A stretch of DNA of 64,000 bases from contig JAQGDQ010000784.1 of the NCBI GenBank assembly GCA_030141605.1, positions 31,989 to 95,988 on the forward strand. The letters are read 5' to 3'. The notes beneath the pieces were generated by a model. It saw only the letters and a program-made list of their open reading frames with translations. It was not told the DNA's origin and made no database searches. The stretch is from Tubiluchus corallicola (Eukaryota; Animalia; Priapulida). The position numbers and the translations under genes were made by a program. Of this stretch, positions 38,801 through 49,960 are shown one piece after another; position 1 is the first letter of the stretch, and every line of letters begins with the position of its first letter.

Positions 38801-41800
38801 TAGAAAATGCATCAACAGCTCTACCTATCAGGTCGCTTGGTGCAAACTCCGGATAGTCTTCGAGTGTTTCAAATGCATCTGATGGAATACTAGGTGCACT
38901 GTTACCAACAACATTACCTGCAATAATGCGCAGCTTGTAAGTTGTGAATGGTCGTAAATTGTTGACAGATATTGCTGTGGCCTCAGGATCCCGGATTTCG
39001 TATATAACGGACCAATCTCCAACGGCATCTATTTGACCTTCAATGGTCCAAAGAGTAATGGAAGTTTCCCCATCGTAACCGGGCACAAAAGACAGAAGCG
39101 CAGATCTAGACGAAACGTTCGAAATTCGTAAGTCAGTCGGTGGCCCCGGCAGTTTGGGAGGAACACCGGACTTAATTGTTGCCGATGTCGGCAAACCGGT
39201 ACCAACTATTGTGCTTGCTGCTATAGTGAAAGTGTACTCTGTTACCGGCTGTAGGCCCACCGCAGTGTAGTTAAAAGTATATGGTGAAAAGTCTAAAGAT
39301 ATATAATCTGAAGAATTGTACGTCTCTTGGTACAGCAAATTGTAACCAGTTAGAATTCCATTGATCTCATCAGGAGCCGACCAAACCATAGATACTCTGG
39401 TGTCTTGAATATCATAGAAACTAAAGCTTCCAACTTGCGCTGGGACATCTTCTAAAGTTCGTACTCTGGAAGGAGCACTGGGCGGCCCATCCCCTACTTT
39501 CGTGTAACCTAAAACTGTGATCTTATATTCAGTGTATTTAGACAAATTACTTACGGTACCGCCATGTAACGATGTAGGATCGTAATTAGGCGGTACGGAC
39601 TCAACCTGTTCCAGTGTATCGTCGGCAGTTTTATTGGCCATGATCTTATACCCAAGTAAAACACCATTAATAGACTGGAAATTTATGGGCATCCACGTGA
39701 CATTAATCGATGTAGAACTGCTGGCAATGACAGTTTCAATGGTGGGCGCTGCAGATGGAACGCCCTCCAACGTCTGTTCGACTACACTGTCGCTGTAAAT
39801 TCCAACACCAATATTGTTATAAGCAGCCATTTGAATTTCGTAAGCTTTCCAGGGTTCTAAATCTATGATGAGGTAATTCCTTTGAGCTTCGTTAGTCACA
39901 TTTATATATTTCCATTGTATCGTGTCGCCGTATCCGTCTAACTTGTAACGAATCATGTAACCCAGTAGGACGCCATTCCACTCATCGGTTGGCGGCTGTT
40001 GCCATTGCACCATAATCGACGACTGAGAATTAGCGCTGGCACTAACGCCAGTAGGTGGTGCGCCTGGCGGTTCCTGCGGCAAAGTTACGGTCGTACTAGG
40101 GTTACTGAAAGGGCCTTCACCGATGCCATTTTTAGCAGCAACTCTAAACTGGTAGCTGCTCGCAGCTTGAAGGTTGGAAACGACCAAATAGTGTTGATCG
40201 GCCGGTACGTTATTGTTTTCGACCTGCCAGCCTAAGCTAGGATCTAGCGTAGGTCCATCAAGAGACACGAGTCTTTTTTGGACAACGTAATGCTCAATCG
40301 GACTGTTTCCATCAAAACTGGGTATCCAACTAACATTTACGGTTCGTTTCAGGCTTGGCACGATCACCACAGTGTTTATCGTTGGCGGATGTGGCAACTC
40401 CACAATAGTTAACAATGCGCTCCGCGTATCATTTCCGCCAGATGAAATGACCCAGCATGTATAGTTTCCAATGTCGTCACTTCGAACGTCAGTTATTTGC
40501 AATGTGCCGTTACCGAAAATGGTATGTCGAGACTGCGTTGAGGGATTAATTTCTGCATCCTTATGAAACCACTTCCACTGCACCGTTATCATTGCATCGT
40601 GCGCAACTCCGCACTGAAACTGCGCAGTTGTGCTGATCAAAACATCCGTATCGACAGGCGGAGCTATGATTTCAGTACGCATTGTTACCGTCAGCACAGC
40701 GGAACTGGTAATCTGACCTAGTCTGTTACCTGCCTCGCAATGGTACACACCACTATCGGACTGTACAAGACCGGCAATGAACAGATCACCTTCGGCTAAA
40801 ATTTGTAAGTGAGCGGAGGTGTTGATAACAGTGCCATTATACTTCCAGGTGACGGCAGGAACAGGCGCACCTGTAACTCGGCAATGCAATCGAACATCAT
40901 TCCCGCTCAGCGCCGTGGTATTTTTGGGAACTGTTACCCATTCCGGACTGGATTCTTCAATTTTCAGCCAAGTGTACGCCGATGTTTCGCCGGCACTGTT
41001 ATGCGCAATACACTGGTAGACGCCGCTGATGCTCATCCTCAAATCATCAATAACCAAAGAGCCATTGCTCAACTGAGTATATTTCGCATCAGACAAAGTA
41101 TCGACGCTTATCGTATTTCTATACCAGTGAATAGTCGGAGAGGGGGCGCCCGAAACTTTGCACGGCAGCATGACTTGGCTACCGATTTCCCCTCGAATCT
41201 CCGGCAACGGCGGCTGCAACAGCTCTGGCTTCTCTTCTATTGTAAGTACGGCAGAAGCCGTAGCCGGGGGTAACGTAAACCCCTGTAGCGTGGCTTCACA
41301 TTCGAATGTGCCCGCATGTCTTCTCGAAGGGCTTTTGATCGTAAGATGGTACCGCGAGGGCGATAACACGTAATTGACGTTGTCGGAAATTAAATAAATT
41401 CCATTACGCTTCCATCGCAGGCTCAATCTTGTCAGCGGCCGCCCGTTCGCGATGCATTCGAACTTCGCCGAAGCCGCACCAAGCACCACGGTCATGTTTT
41501 TAGGCGGTATCACAATCTTGGGTTCGACGACGTCGGGCAAAGCACCAGAATTGATTACGGTCAACGAAACGTTTCCACTGAGCTCCGTCAGACCAAGCTG
41601 GGCATTGAGAGCCTCGAGTCTATACAAACCGCTATCAGAAACCACACTGTCTAATATAACAAACTGATTACTAAGTGTAATAACATGCTTTTGGCTGGGG
41701 AACAAATAGCTGCCGTTCACTTGCCACGTAGCATCGATAGCTGGATAGCTATCAATGGGTGGATGGTCCATGACTACAGCCTGTCCGACAGTCACTGTAT

Positions 41801-42173
41801 AATTTGCCTGCCTTACATCGGCAAACGGGGACATATAGGCCACGTGTAACGTTGCTTTATTACTAAAAACTGATCCGACGCTGTTGCGAGCGACACACTG
41901 ATATTCTCCCGCATCACTGCGGGCAGCAGAGGATATTCGCAGGAAAGTGTTGCTGGTAAAGTCGTCCAGGTAATCTCCGTTCTTCAGCCATCTGTAGTCG
42001 GGCTGCGGCACCCCTAGAGCGCGACACTGTAGAATCTTTCGGCTGGCTTCTAGAACTATGCCACCGATGGGATGCTGCTGAAACTGGGGAGGCGTGTCCA
42101 GCGCGGCACTTTTGAATAAAGAGCAAACAACTGCAACAAACGCTACAGTGAGGTAGATACTGCTGAGAACCAT
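35802..42173 (-). CDS. sdk: Sidekick cell-adhesion molecule (signal peptide, 6 Ig, about 13 FNIII, TM, cytoplasmic tail), single-exon CDS, 2123 aa
   Basis: Uninterrupted ORF with an in-frame TAA upstream of the ATG; six Ig domains, FNIII array, FYEEPWFLIIVAL TM segment, RTPPRPSPGS motif and terminal AGSRAPLPGFSSFV PDZ-binding motif diagnostic of Sidekick. Confidence 0.95.
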   Translation of the reverse strand: MVLSSIYLTVAFVAVVCSLFKSAALDTPPQFQQHPIGGIVLEASRKILQCRALGVPQPDYRWLKNGDYLDDFTSNTFLRISSAARSDAGEYQCVARNSVGSVFSNKATLHVAYMSPFADVRQANYTVTVGQAVVMDHPPIDSYPAIDATWQVNGSYLFPSQKHVITLSNQFVILDSVVSDSGLYRLEALNAQLGLTELSGNVSLTVINSGALPDVVEPKIVIPPKNMTVVLGAASAKFECIANGRPLTRLSLRWKRNGIYLISDNVNYVLSPSRYHLTIKSPSRRHAGTFECEATLQGFTLPPATASAVLTIEEKPELLQPPLPEIRGEIGSQVMLPCKVSGAPSPTIHWYRNTISVDTLSDAKYTQLSNGSLVIDDLRMSISGVYQCIAHNSAGETSAYTWLKIEESSPEWVTVPKNTTALSGNDVRLHCRVTGAPVPAVTWKYNGTVINTSAHLQILAEGDLFIAGLVQSDSGVYHCEAGNRLGQITSSAVLTVTMRTEIIAPPVDTDVLISTTAQFQCGVAHDAMITVQWKWFHKDAEINPSTQSRHTIFGNGTLQITDVRSDDIGNYTCWVISSGGNDTRSALLTIVELPHPPTINTVVIVPSLKRTVNVSWIPSFDGNSPIEHYVVQKRLVSLDGPTLDPSLGWQVENNNVPADQHYLVVSNLQAASSYQFRVAAKNGIGEGPFSNPSTTVTLPQEPPGAPPTGVSASANSQSSIMVQWQQPPTDEWNGVLLGYMIRYKLDGYGDTIQWKYINVTNEAQRNYLIIDLEPWKAYEIQMAAYNNIGVGIYSDSVVEQTLEGVPSAAPTIETVIASSSTSINVTWMPINFQSINGVLLGYKIMANKTADDTLEQVESVPPNYDPTSLHGGTVSNLSKYTEYKITVLGYTKVGDGPPSAPSRVRTLEDVPAQVGSFSFYDIQDTRVSMVWSAPDEINGILTGYNLLYQETYNSSDYISLDFSPYTFNYTAVGLQPVTEYTFTIAASTIVGTGLPTSATIKSGVPPKLPGPPTDLRISNVSSRSALLSFVPGYDGETSITLWTIEGQIDAVGDWSVIYEIRDPEATAISVNNLRPFTTYKLRIIAGNVVGNSAPSIPSDAFETLEDYPEFAPSDLIGRAVDAFSITLRWTPLPDTHWNGIPRGYNLTHEPVYLGSVLTYEIISDPYTNSFVLKNLEAFTAYRVQIAAYNNVGSSPFSGVTEAMTRESTPSAGPSSVNATTTGSRTIMVDWSDIPGRDRNGVILGYKIHYGNPEIQFQTHDVPGNSTRHVLLQGLRSFVTYTFMVLGYTRVGDGVLSNPTHAQTYEDVPGPPTDVFFPDVTYTTAIVTWNDPLEPNGHLTGYKIEYWLENLGEGSSIVNDDLGPNVHSYSVNNLQREQYYIFRLSASTRLGWGQPAIVRLYTISNRGTPDAPRDVTVSPSQIESRSATVSWRTGSDGYSPIRYYTIQLRTGNNQIWNSHPDRVAPDVTSHTVTGLYPNTDYSFRMQATNDKGVSPWSDASSVVKTLIDKPSLPPSDLKVFPITQTSVQISWDVPPLETWNGERGGYQILHKVYLSMADYMQTDVPAPDDTMFTLDNLLSGRDYEIKMLSYNSVGKSSATVPVILYVGEAAPTAPPESVKAEALNSTAVHVQWHPPPEDSTNGDILGYRLFYSYSADNYYSLDLSAATNEQTIGNLPKYTIIDMQILVYNFAGVGPNSTVVQVRTHEDIPGPPGAVSFSDIMMTSLIVSWLPPPEPNGELTGYKVVYWKAGISTEILMGASNTSLYVHSLLTHETYTFHVSARTSKGYGSDKIANVTTGPQPGSPSAPGTPLLSTGDSSVTLTWSRPATGGWSNIIYYLVEKQDEHVAIWELHANTSSTALSYTIAYTTLKPGTKYNFRVIAVNGHGISEPSAASEFMETPTVALAKFFYEEPWFLIIVALSFIIIVILLTAFLCHRGSSRKRLPKSESTLPAIAGDQFLILDDSGGFAAYELDDRLRRQITSNGSMRNQKSRTSGRSQRKNSYTRTPPRPSPGSVTYFDEDDQHSYPEPDDSSVTDRKSNLSSGDSRGSETETDSDQDVKVPPDSFVNHYANAVSDNPNWQPIRPTAYSYTDSDASQALNSGGHIVINNMAGSRAPLPGFSSFV

Positions 42174-42421
42174 CGTTGATTCATTGATACAGTCACATTA
42201 CAAGATGTAGTCTGTGGTACAAGTGTGCGACAAAATGAACTAATGGCACTTCAAAACTTTAAGTCATCTCCAGAAAATTTATCCATCTGCAAAAAAACGA
42301 AACGTATTGTAAGTTCGTGGAAAATTTAGCACATGTTATTATAACTAGTTCTTACAATGTGATATTTGAACATTCTGTGATGGCAATAGAAAAGCTGATG
42401 CATATACTTAAGCCATTATAC

Positions 42422-42921
42422 CAGGGGTGTGCAAATTATCTGACTAGCCGGGCCACATTAAACTTTCCCGCAATTCCTGCGGGCCACAGGCAGTTTGATC
42501 GAGAAGCCAAGTACAGACAGGCCTAATAACGATTTTTTTGCATCCGATCTGCGTACATCATTACTACTACACTCAAGAAACTATTTTAGAAGTTATTAAA
42601 ATTTATATTACGAGCCATATATTTCTACTTTCAGGACAGATAGTGGTAATTTCATTACAATGCATATTAGTAATGTGTATCACACAGTCTGTGTAGTACA
42701 GTGACATTAAGCTACGACCGTCTTGTAAAGGTTGATGGCATCCGATCTAGTAGAAAAAACTACCCGCACTATCTTTGGGATCGTGGCACGGATTTCAGCT
42801 GGATACAGTCAATTAATCGCCCGGGCCGCACTTTCATTAGGTTGACAAATCTCTTCGCGGGCCGAGCAAATTCTCTCGGCGGGCCGCAAGTGGCCCGCGG
42901 GCCGCAATTTGCACACGACTG
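42422..42921 (+). mobile_element. hAT-type MITE, family H copy 2
   Basis: TIR CAGGGGTGTGCAAATT...AATTTGCACACGACTG; perfect 8-bp TSD CATTATAC. Confidence 0.9.
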
Positions 42922-45913
42922 CATTATACCTACACATTGTATTATGTCCCACGCATAGGCTTCATGCATTATATTTTTTTAAAAATGTTTATTTTAATTA
43001 TATTTTGTGCTTGGCTCTATACATACAAGCGCATTGTCCATAAGCTCAGTAAAGCATCTATTATATGGGTCATTCTCTACAGAACGTGCAAAACAGATGT
43101 GAAAAAATCTGCTAAATGACGGGAAAGATCTTCTTAAAAATGCTCCGCCCTGTTATTAATAAGGTTCCCTTGTATACAAAAAGGATACTGACAGAGCTTA
43201 AAACACTTGTAAAAATTAGCTATTAGTAAAAGTTATCTGAATAATTACTTTTGTCATTACTGTTACAGACGTGATGTGTGCAATACAACCTATAAACATC
43301 AACCAGTGTCATAAACCAATGGTCTTATAAAATATATTTTTTGTCCGTTGCTTTAAATATCTGGTCAAATTTTTATGCAAATGCAACCTTTTTATACGTT
43401 GAACTGGTTTTCACGTTTGTTGGGCAGTGTTTGCAACTGACATGCATCTTGAATGGACGTAGCTCATTTACGAGGAAGGATGAAAACATATCACATTGTA
43501 GGAATGTAATGGTAATAAAAGTGAATTAGATGTGACAGTTCGTTGCATTCAAAAAGATTGCATTTATAAATTTAAAAAGATACATTTTCAATTCCTTGTT
43601 TACAGACAACTGTTCTAATTATAATAGGCATTGCTGAACATAAATTTGTAATGTTCTGTTTGAATTTTTGGCAAGACCAATTTATTAGAATTTCAAGTAG
43701 TATGACTGCTTACACTAAGAAGTGAAGAAGGTGATATAGTGAAGAACACATAATCTAATCACGGGCATTTTACATTGTAAAAAAAATTCTGCTTACAAAA
43801 GATTTCAAAAACACGCTGTCTAAAGAATAAAGCTGTCTGGATGAAGACCCTATTTTATTTAGCTGCCTACTAGCGTTATGAACATTACTACTTACTAACA
43901 GATCCACTCAGTTTAGTACATTTCTCTTGCAGCTAACTATGCAATAGGACTATGCCAAATTGCAAGCATTTTATAAAAATATAAGTTTACTTTTTAACCT
44001 GTTACTGTGTTAGTCAATCAGAAACCTTATATGAATTTGTGTCTAAAATGCAAAACATGCATATATATATAACTAATTATTGCTCATTCTAATATAACTA
44101 TTAAAAATAAATATTATTAGTTACAACTACAAGTATAAGCAACATAGGTAAACCACAAATTCCACAATCGCTAACAGAATCAGCCAAAATTTGACAACAT
44201 GCAAGAGCCTCAATATACAAAAGTAAGCACTAAATATCATGATAAAGTACAATCGCCCTAGCAATGAAATTTTAGTATTCTTATTTATAATAAAACATTA
44301 TAAGACAACAGAATCATCTGATACGGTAACATTGTAATTAACTGTGATGAGTCATGGAGCATTATTTAGTCATTGCGCAGCAGGGATATCATTCCCAAAT
44401 TCACATATCAATACTTAAAAAAGAAAAAAATCAGAAGAGTGACAAAGTATTCACTACCGCTGAAATGAATCAACTATTCACGTTAAATAAAAAGCAAACG
44501 TATAATAACGCCAATTTATTTTGAAGTAGACATCTTGAATCAAGAGTAACTTCCCTCTTCTCTTGTTAACGATGCACTGGTAAGTGCAACAGAAACGCAA
44601 TAACCACGATCCGCAGACCACGACTACATGAGCGTTGAATTGATTCACTCAGTGGGCTGAGCTAGTACTAAAGCCATAAGAATCGAAAGGATACCTTTTT
44701 CGACCGCAAGCTAGTTATGTGGATGTCATTACAAACACACTTCTGGGCCAAAAATTTTTGTCACATGTCATCTAACTCTTACACAATCAGAATGCAACAG
44801 GGAACTTAGAAAGACACTGTGTCATACGTTCGTACTTTATAAAAGCACGAAAAACACTCCAAAAAACATTAATGCTGTTGAAATTACGCGAAATTACATT
44901 ATACGTTATAACTATTATTGTTATTCATATGTGAACTACAAGTGCATGTATGATGAATTTGTGGCCTTTATTATGTGAGTTTGCTTTACAGGATAACCTT
45001 CGAAGTAAGCTAATTAATAGACCTAGTAACATGCAGAGCAAATTTCTAAGTCTGAAAGCCAGCACGCCTTTGTGGTATGGTGGCAGCATAGTTGCCTGGA
45101 AAGCAGAAGGAATGTGTTTTACTGATTGCCGTTACCATCTTTGATAAGAGAGAGAAAACAAAATACATAGAACTAAAACAGCAAGTCCACCAGTAAACTT
45201 TTCTTGCATCCTGCATGCTAGAAAAACAGGTGATGAGATATCAAAAGCATCTAGCAAATAACAAACCTACCTCCTGTAGTATACTTGCAGCTTCCAGTAT
45301 GGAATGTCCCAAACCATTAGAATCAAGCAGTTGAAAATAAAAGGCATTTCACAATTTTAATAAAATTTTTATAAATATCAGCTACTTCATGCTTATAAAA
45401 GGTTTTAAAATCGTATGAGCTGATCTTTACCAATGACCAAATTATTAACAACTAGATTAAAAGAAAATGATTTGGGCAGCGTTTTAATTCCCCTTCCTAA
45501 TCCCTATTTGTAAGCTTCAGTAAGAAATCCGTAAGAATTCCAAGTAGTACTAAAATTTTGCAGTTTTTTAAACTTAACTGTGCATGTGAAGTTCAACAAC
45601 GATACAATTCTATTTCCCGTATGTAAGAGGTTCTTGCATCCATATTATTCTTGTAACGTACTTTAAATTCCCTTTATAAGTAAACATGTTTCTAGTATGT
45701 AATGTAGATTCCATTTGCAGTGTTCGGATATAGTTCATGTGCATCATAATCTGGTCATGCCAATCGAATATTAAGACTGTAATATCTCTGCGAACAATTT
45801 GCTTTAATTCTTAATTGTTTCCAAAAACTCATTTGCTTTTGCAATGCGGATCATAGAAATGCCATGTCAGAAATTATTAGCATGATCAAAAGCAGGAAAA
45901 GCAAGTAAATTAC

Positions 45914-45958
45914 CTCACATTAATTTGTCAATAAACTAGTTGTCAATGGCTGACACTT
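45914..45958 (-). other. Putative 45-nt 5' UTR exon of sdk
   Basis: Minus strand reads ATTTTTCTAAATCTCAG|AAGTGT...TGTGAG|GTAATT; the sdk coding exon has a strong acceptor TTTCGTTTTTTTGCAG| at 42287. Confidence 0.4.
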
Positions 45959-46699
45959 CTGAGATTTAGAAAAATATTGTGCTCGTTTTAATGATTTATA
46001 GTTAATAAAAGCTACTGTTTAATTGTTAACTTTCGGAAAAGTACATAATATCGCTACATTACTTCTGAGATCGAACAAACAGTACAGTATTTATTTTGTT
46101 TATTTCAATAATAGCCGGAAAATCTGTGAGTGGGTCGTTGACATTGTGTGAAGTGCTGTACTGATCTCTCATAGCTCAAGCTAGTGATCGCTGCTTAGAT
46201 CTCCCTTATTTACAAAATTTAACAAATACGGTGCAATTTCCACAAAAAATTATTAAAATTCTGTCTGTGTAAAGTCTATGTCTATGTAGCCGTAGCGGGC
46301 CTTCGGGTATTTTAATGATAATTTGAATGACTACATCCCTGGATACTTAAAAATTTTACTGCGCCATCATACTGAAGTACGCACATACGTACGGTAGAAC
46401 AGGTAAAATTATCGCAATATTTAAACCATAATACAAAAGTTCTAAAAGCTAGGTGCAACACTAAGTGGTTATTCTATGCCCACTCGACTGTTCAGTGATC
46501 GCCGTGTACCACAGCACTGCCTTTCTAGGCATTGTGGCAAAGTGAGTCCGGTGACCAGGGCAAGGTGAAACTTAATTGGTGGTAGTAACTATACTGTGGT
46601 GGAGTGCACCTTGGTGGAATGTACTGCAGTTGAATGTATCTCGCCGAAATGTACAGCAGAGCAACATGATACCTTGCGGTATATATGTTGGCGCATTAC

Positions 46700-47022
46700 C
46701 TTATATGTTCGAGTGACGCACGACGCCATTGTTAATAGATAATGGCTTAATGCCTATGGTGAACCAATACGCGCTGAGTGCAGAATAGTCGAATGCGCGT
46801 GGTACTTCCCACGTAATGCTAACGCAGCATTTCACAACAAAATTTAATAAAGTGTACTTGCAAGTGAACCAAGATTCTTTTTACTGATCTCTGTGGTCAT
46901 GCTATTAAGAGCAAAATGTGAAATATATAAGACAAAAAAGCATGTATTACAAGTAAGACAACTTGAGCTAGAGCTTAGAAGCTTGAGAGGCTGCCATCAT
47001 TTTATGGTAATAACTGTTTCAC
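46700..47022. promoter_or_regulatory. Candidate bidirectional promoter and first exons of sdk (-) and BNIP1 (+)
   Basis: CpG-enriched stretch; - strand AACAATGGCG...TATAAG|GTAATG donor at 46700; + strand CAC|GTAAGT donor at 47022. Confidence 0.35.
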
Positions 47023-47343
47023 GTAAGTCATTCTTGGAAAACCAGTATGTTCCCCTTTCAGTAATTTATTGGCTAGAATTTAGATTGTTTTGAGCTATGA
47101 TTTAAGATGGGTCTCGTTTTCCTTTAAGCACTGCATGTTATAAAAGAAGGCTGGACATAAGAAAAGTATTCTTCTAAGAAAAGTGTTCTGATGCACAGAA
47201 CAGTAAATAAGTGGAATAGTTTCAGTCTGTCAAATAGAACTGTTGGAAATAGTTCAGTACTGGCATCAAAGCAAACATAGTAACAAGGCGTTCGATGACA
47301 GTAGAAACTTTTTATAGCCTGCTGCCAGTAGAGGGAGACACTG

Positions 47344-47678
47344 TGTTGTGGAGATCACTGACATCAAGTAGAATTGCATAGAACATCGCAGAATGTTCCG
47401 TCGGAATGACTGCCTTAGCATTTGGATCATTGTCGAACATTTGTTCTGGAAGTTTCTACAGTGCGGTATATAAGGAGAAGCAGGCCACCGACATGGGATC
47501 GCACAGAGCACACATCAACACGGACTTATACTTACTCCAGATTTTCACGTTTATTGTAATCATTTCAACGTTCTTTCATCTTTGTGTTGTAAGAATTCTT
47601 GCTCAATAAAGTAATAACATTTAACGGCGTGTTTTCTGGTTTTGTCTACGAGCCTTCCGAGAGAAACAGAACACAACA
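47344..47678 (+). mobile_element. Probable solo LTR
   Basis: TGTTGTG...CACAACA inverted termini; internal TATATAAG (47467) and AATAAA (47605) in U3-R-U5 order; no clear TSD. Confidence 0.5.
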
Positions 47679-47754
47679 CTTTCACAATGTGAAATTCGCT
47701 TTTGTGTGCACCTGTGTTATGATCGTGTAGAAAAGCAACCTTTGACTTGCTTAA

Positions 47755-48370
47755 AGCGCAAGAAAATACTTCACTTACATAAAGCTTAAAAAATCACTTA
47801 CATATTGTCTTTTTGTATGCAGGACTTGTGTTGGCAGTAACACTGCTTAAAACTTGTAAATTTAAACTCCCGCAACGACTATTAGGTGCAGCCATTTTGA
47901 TGGTGGGTCATTTAAAACAAGTTTAGATAACACTGAGTAAAGTTTGAAAAAATAATCAGACAGATTTCATAGTGCACACGTCACTAGTTAAGTAAAATTT
48001 TTAATTACCGTATCTTGTCAGTAAGATTAAAAATATGTTTTGGTTAGTGAGTGGCGCACCCTGGAGGGTTAGCCAGCGACATTTTACCAATTGGCACAAA
48101 CACTTTAAATTATTTTTTGTAGTTACATAAGTCAGGTAAGCAAAATGCTAAGTAATATAAATTTGCACGGAAAGTTAACATTGCCTCTTCTTTTCCTGGT
48201 TTATGTTTCCGTAGGTGAGCTCATGTAATGGTGACTTTTGAATGTAATGGTGATCTCATGTAATAGTGATCTACGTTGCTCATATATGACGTCATGTAAT
48301 GTTGCGGGAGATTTAAGATGAAAACAAATAATTTTTTTTAACGCGAGTATGATATATGCATAAAATTGCT
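47755..48370. mobile_element. Kolobok-like family A copy 2 (left end and body)
   Basis: TTAA|AGCGCAAGAAAA start; homologous to 428-1030. Confidence 0.6.
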
Positions 48371-48548
48371 ATACATAATAATAAATATATTATGTATATA
48401 TATATATATATATAATAAAAGTAATAATATATTATATATTATTCTTTATTTTTGTACATTCTCAATAAAACTATATAGCAGTGTATATTGTAACAATAGA
48501 GAGCTTGACCTGCAAACAGATACAGAACGCTTTGTCAAAAATGTTTAA

Positions 48549-48686
48549 AGGACAAGAAAAGGGGTACCTGAAGTAGGCTTCAGAAAAATTGCCTTGAAAA
48601 CTATATTACTTTATATTATGTATAAGTAACATATTTTTTAAGGCAATTTTTCCAAATCCTACTCCAAGTACTCTTGTTCTTGTCCT
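48549..48686. mobile_element. Mini-element made of two inverted right ends of family A
   Basis: TTAA|AGGACAAGAAAA...GAAAAATTGCCTT / AAGGCAATTTTTC...TTCTTGTCCT|TTAA. Confidence 0.55.
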
Positions 48687-48793
48687 TTAAAGTACTAATG
48701 AGTAAATGTTGCATAAAATTGATGAACTTTCAAAAGTTTACAAATCTTTTTTTAGAAACTGGAAAATTAGTGCCGTCATCACATGCCAAAGTC

Positions 48794-48856
48794 ATGGCTC
48801 AAGCTTATGTTCAAGAAATCACCAAATGTGATATTAACATCAAGGCTATTATTCAG
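48794..48856 (+). CDS. BNIP1: BNIP1/Sec20 vesicle transport SNARE, coding exon 1 (exon likely starts 48756)
   Basis: MAQAYVQEITKCDINIKAIIQ then GTAAGG donor; resembles the QEIVKFDLEVKALIQ N-terminus of vertebrate BNIP1. The true start may lie in an upstream exon because the frame is open to the acceptor. Confidence 0.8.
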
Positions 48857-49561
48857 GTAAGGCATACTATGGAAAATTTGCTTAAATACATTTTTCTTTT
48901 CGCCTTCTTCTGTGTCACTTCTAGCTGTTAATTAGACGACAAAAATTTCTGCAGTTATTGACCAACAAGACCGGTGGCCACTCAAGTTTACAGGCGATGC
49001 AGAGAAAGTGGGAGAATGAATACCAGCCCCGAGAAATGATTTTAATTATTAATTTCTTAGTGGCAGGAAGAAAGCTTTTTGAGACAGTAATTAACGGGGA
49101 AATATTTTTATGGTAAAGAATTCCACAGATAAGAAACCTGAGAGAGAAAAAACTGGATGTATAGATATTATGTTTGTATTACATTTTATAACAGTGCAAT
49201 TTACCTATATTTGTTAGTAATTATTTACAAGGATATTTGCATTAGTTAGTTATAATATAATACAAAATCTGACGAATTTCTTCACACGAAAAGCCAGGTA
49301 GGTGCTTTTCCCCTTCAATAGGCGACTGCAGCTTATAAGCAAATATGTCACGATTATTAGAAGCAGTATTATTAGAATTGGAAATAGGATTCCGGCGGCA
49401 TACATAATGTATGTATCATTTTTTTGTGATGATTTGTATAAGACTTGGTTTTAATAACTAACAATGATATCTTCAAGTGTAACTTCTGCGTATTGTGTAG
49501 GACCGTACATTATTCTCAACCATAGAGGATATAACTGAAGTGATGAAAACTTAATAAATTA

Positions 49562-49591
49562 GAGTAGAGGAGAGTGAGAGAGAGAGAGAGG

Positions 49592-49684
<93 letters not shown>

Positions 49685-49960
49685 AGGGAGGGAGGGAGAG
49701 AGGGAGGGAGAGAGAGAGAGAGAGTGAGAGAGAGAGAGAGAGAGAGGGAGGGAGGGAGAGAGGGAGAGAGAGAGAGAGTGAGAGCGAGTCTGAGAGAGAG
49801 AGAGAGAAAGAGAGCGAGTCTGAGAGAGAGAGGACGAAGAGGGAAAGGGGGAGGCAGAGGTGGAGAGAGAGGAAGAGAGAGAGAGAAAGAAAAAGAAAGA
49901 GAGAGAGAGAGAGGAGGGGGGAAGAGAGAGAGAAAGAGAGAGAGGGGGAGAGTGAGACAG
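49562..49960. repeat. (GA)n microsatellite
   Basis: Direct reading. Confidence 0.95.

Noticed and set aside
37494-42126. Small ORFs overlapping sdk on either strand
   Set aside because: Shadow frames of a long coding sequence with no independent features.
35802-42173. Dscam, Robo or receptor phosphatase assignment for the large Ig/FNIII ORF
   Set aside because: Six Ig domains followed by a long FNIII run, no phosphatase domain, and the terminal GFSSFV identify Sidekick.
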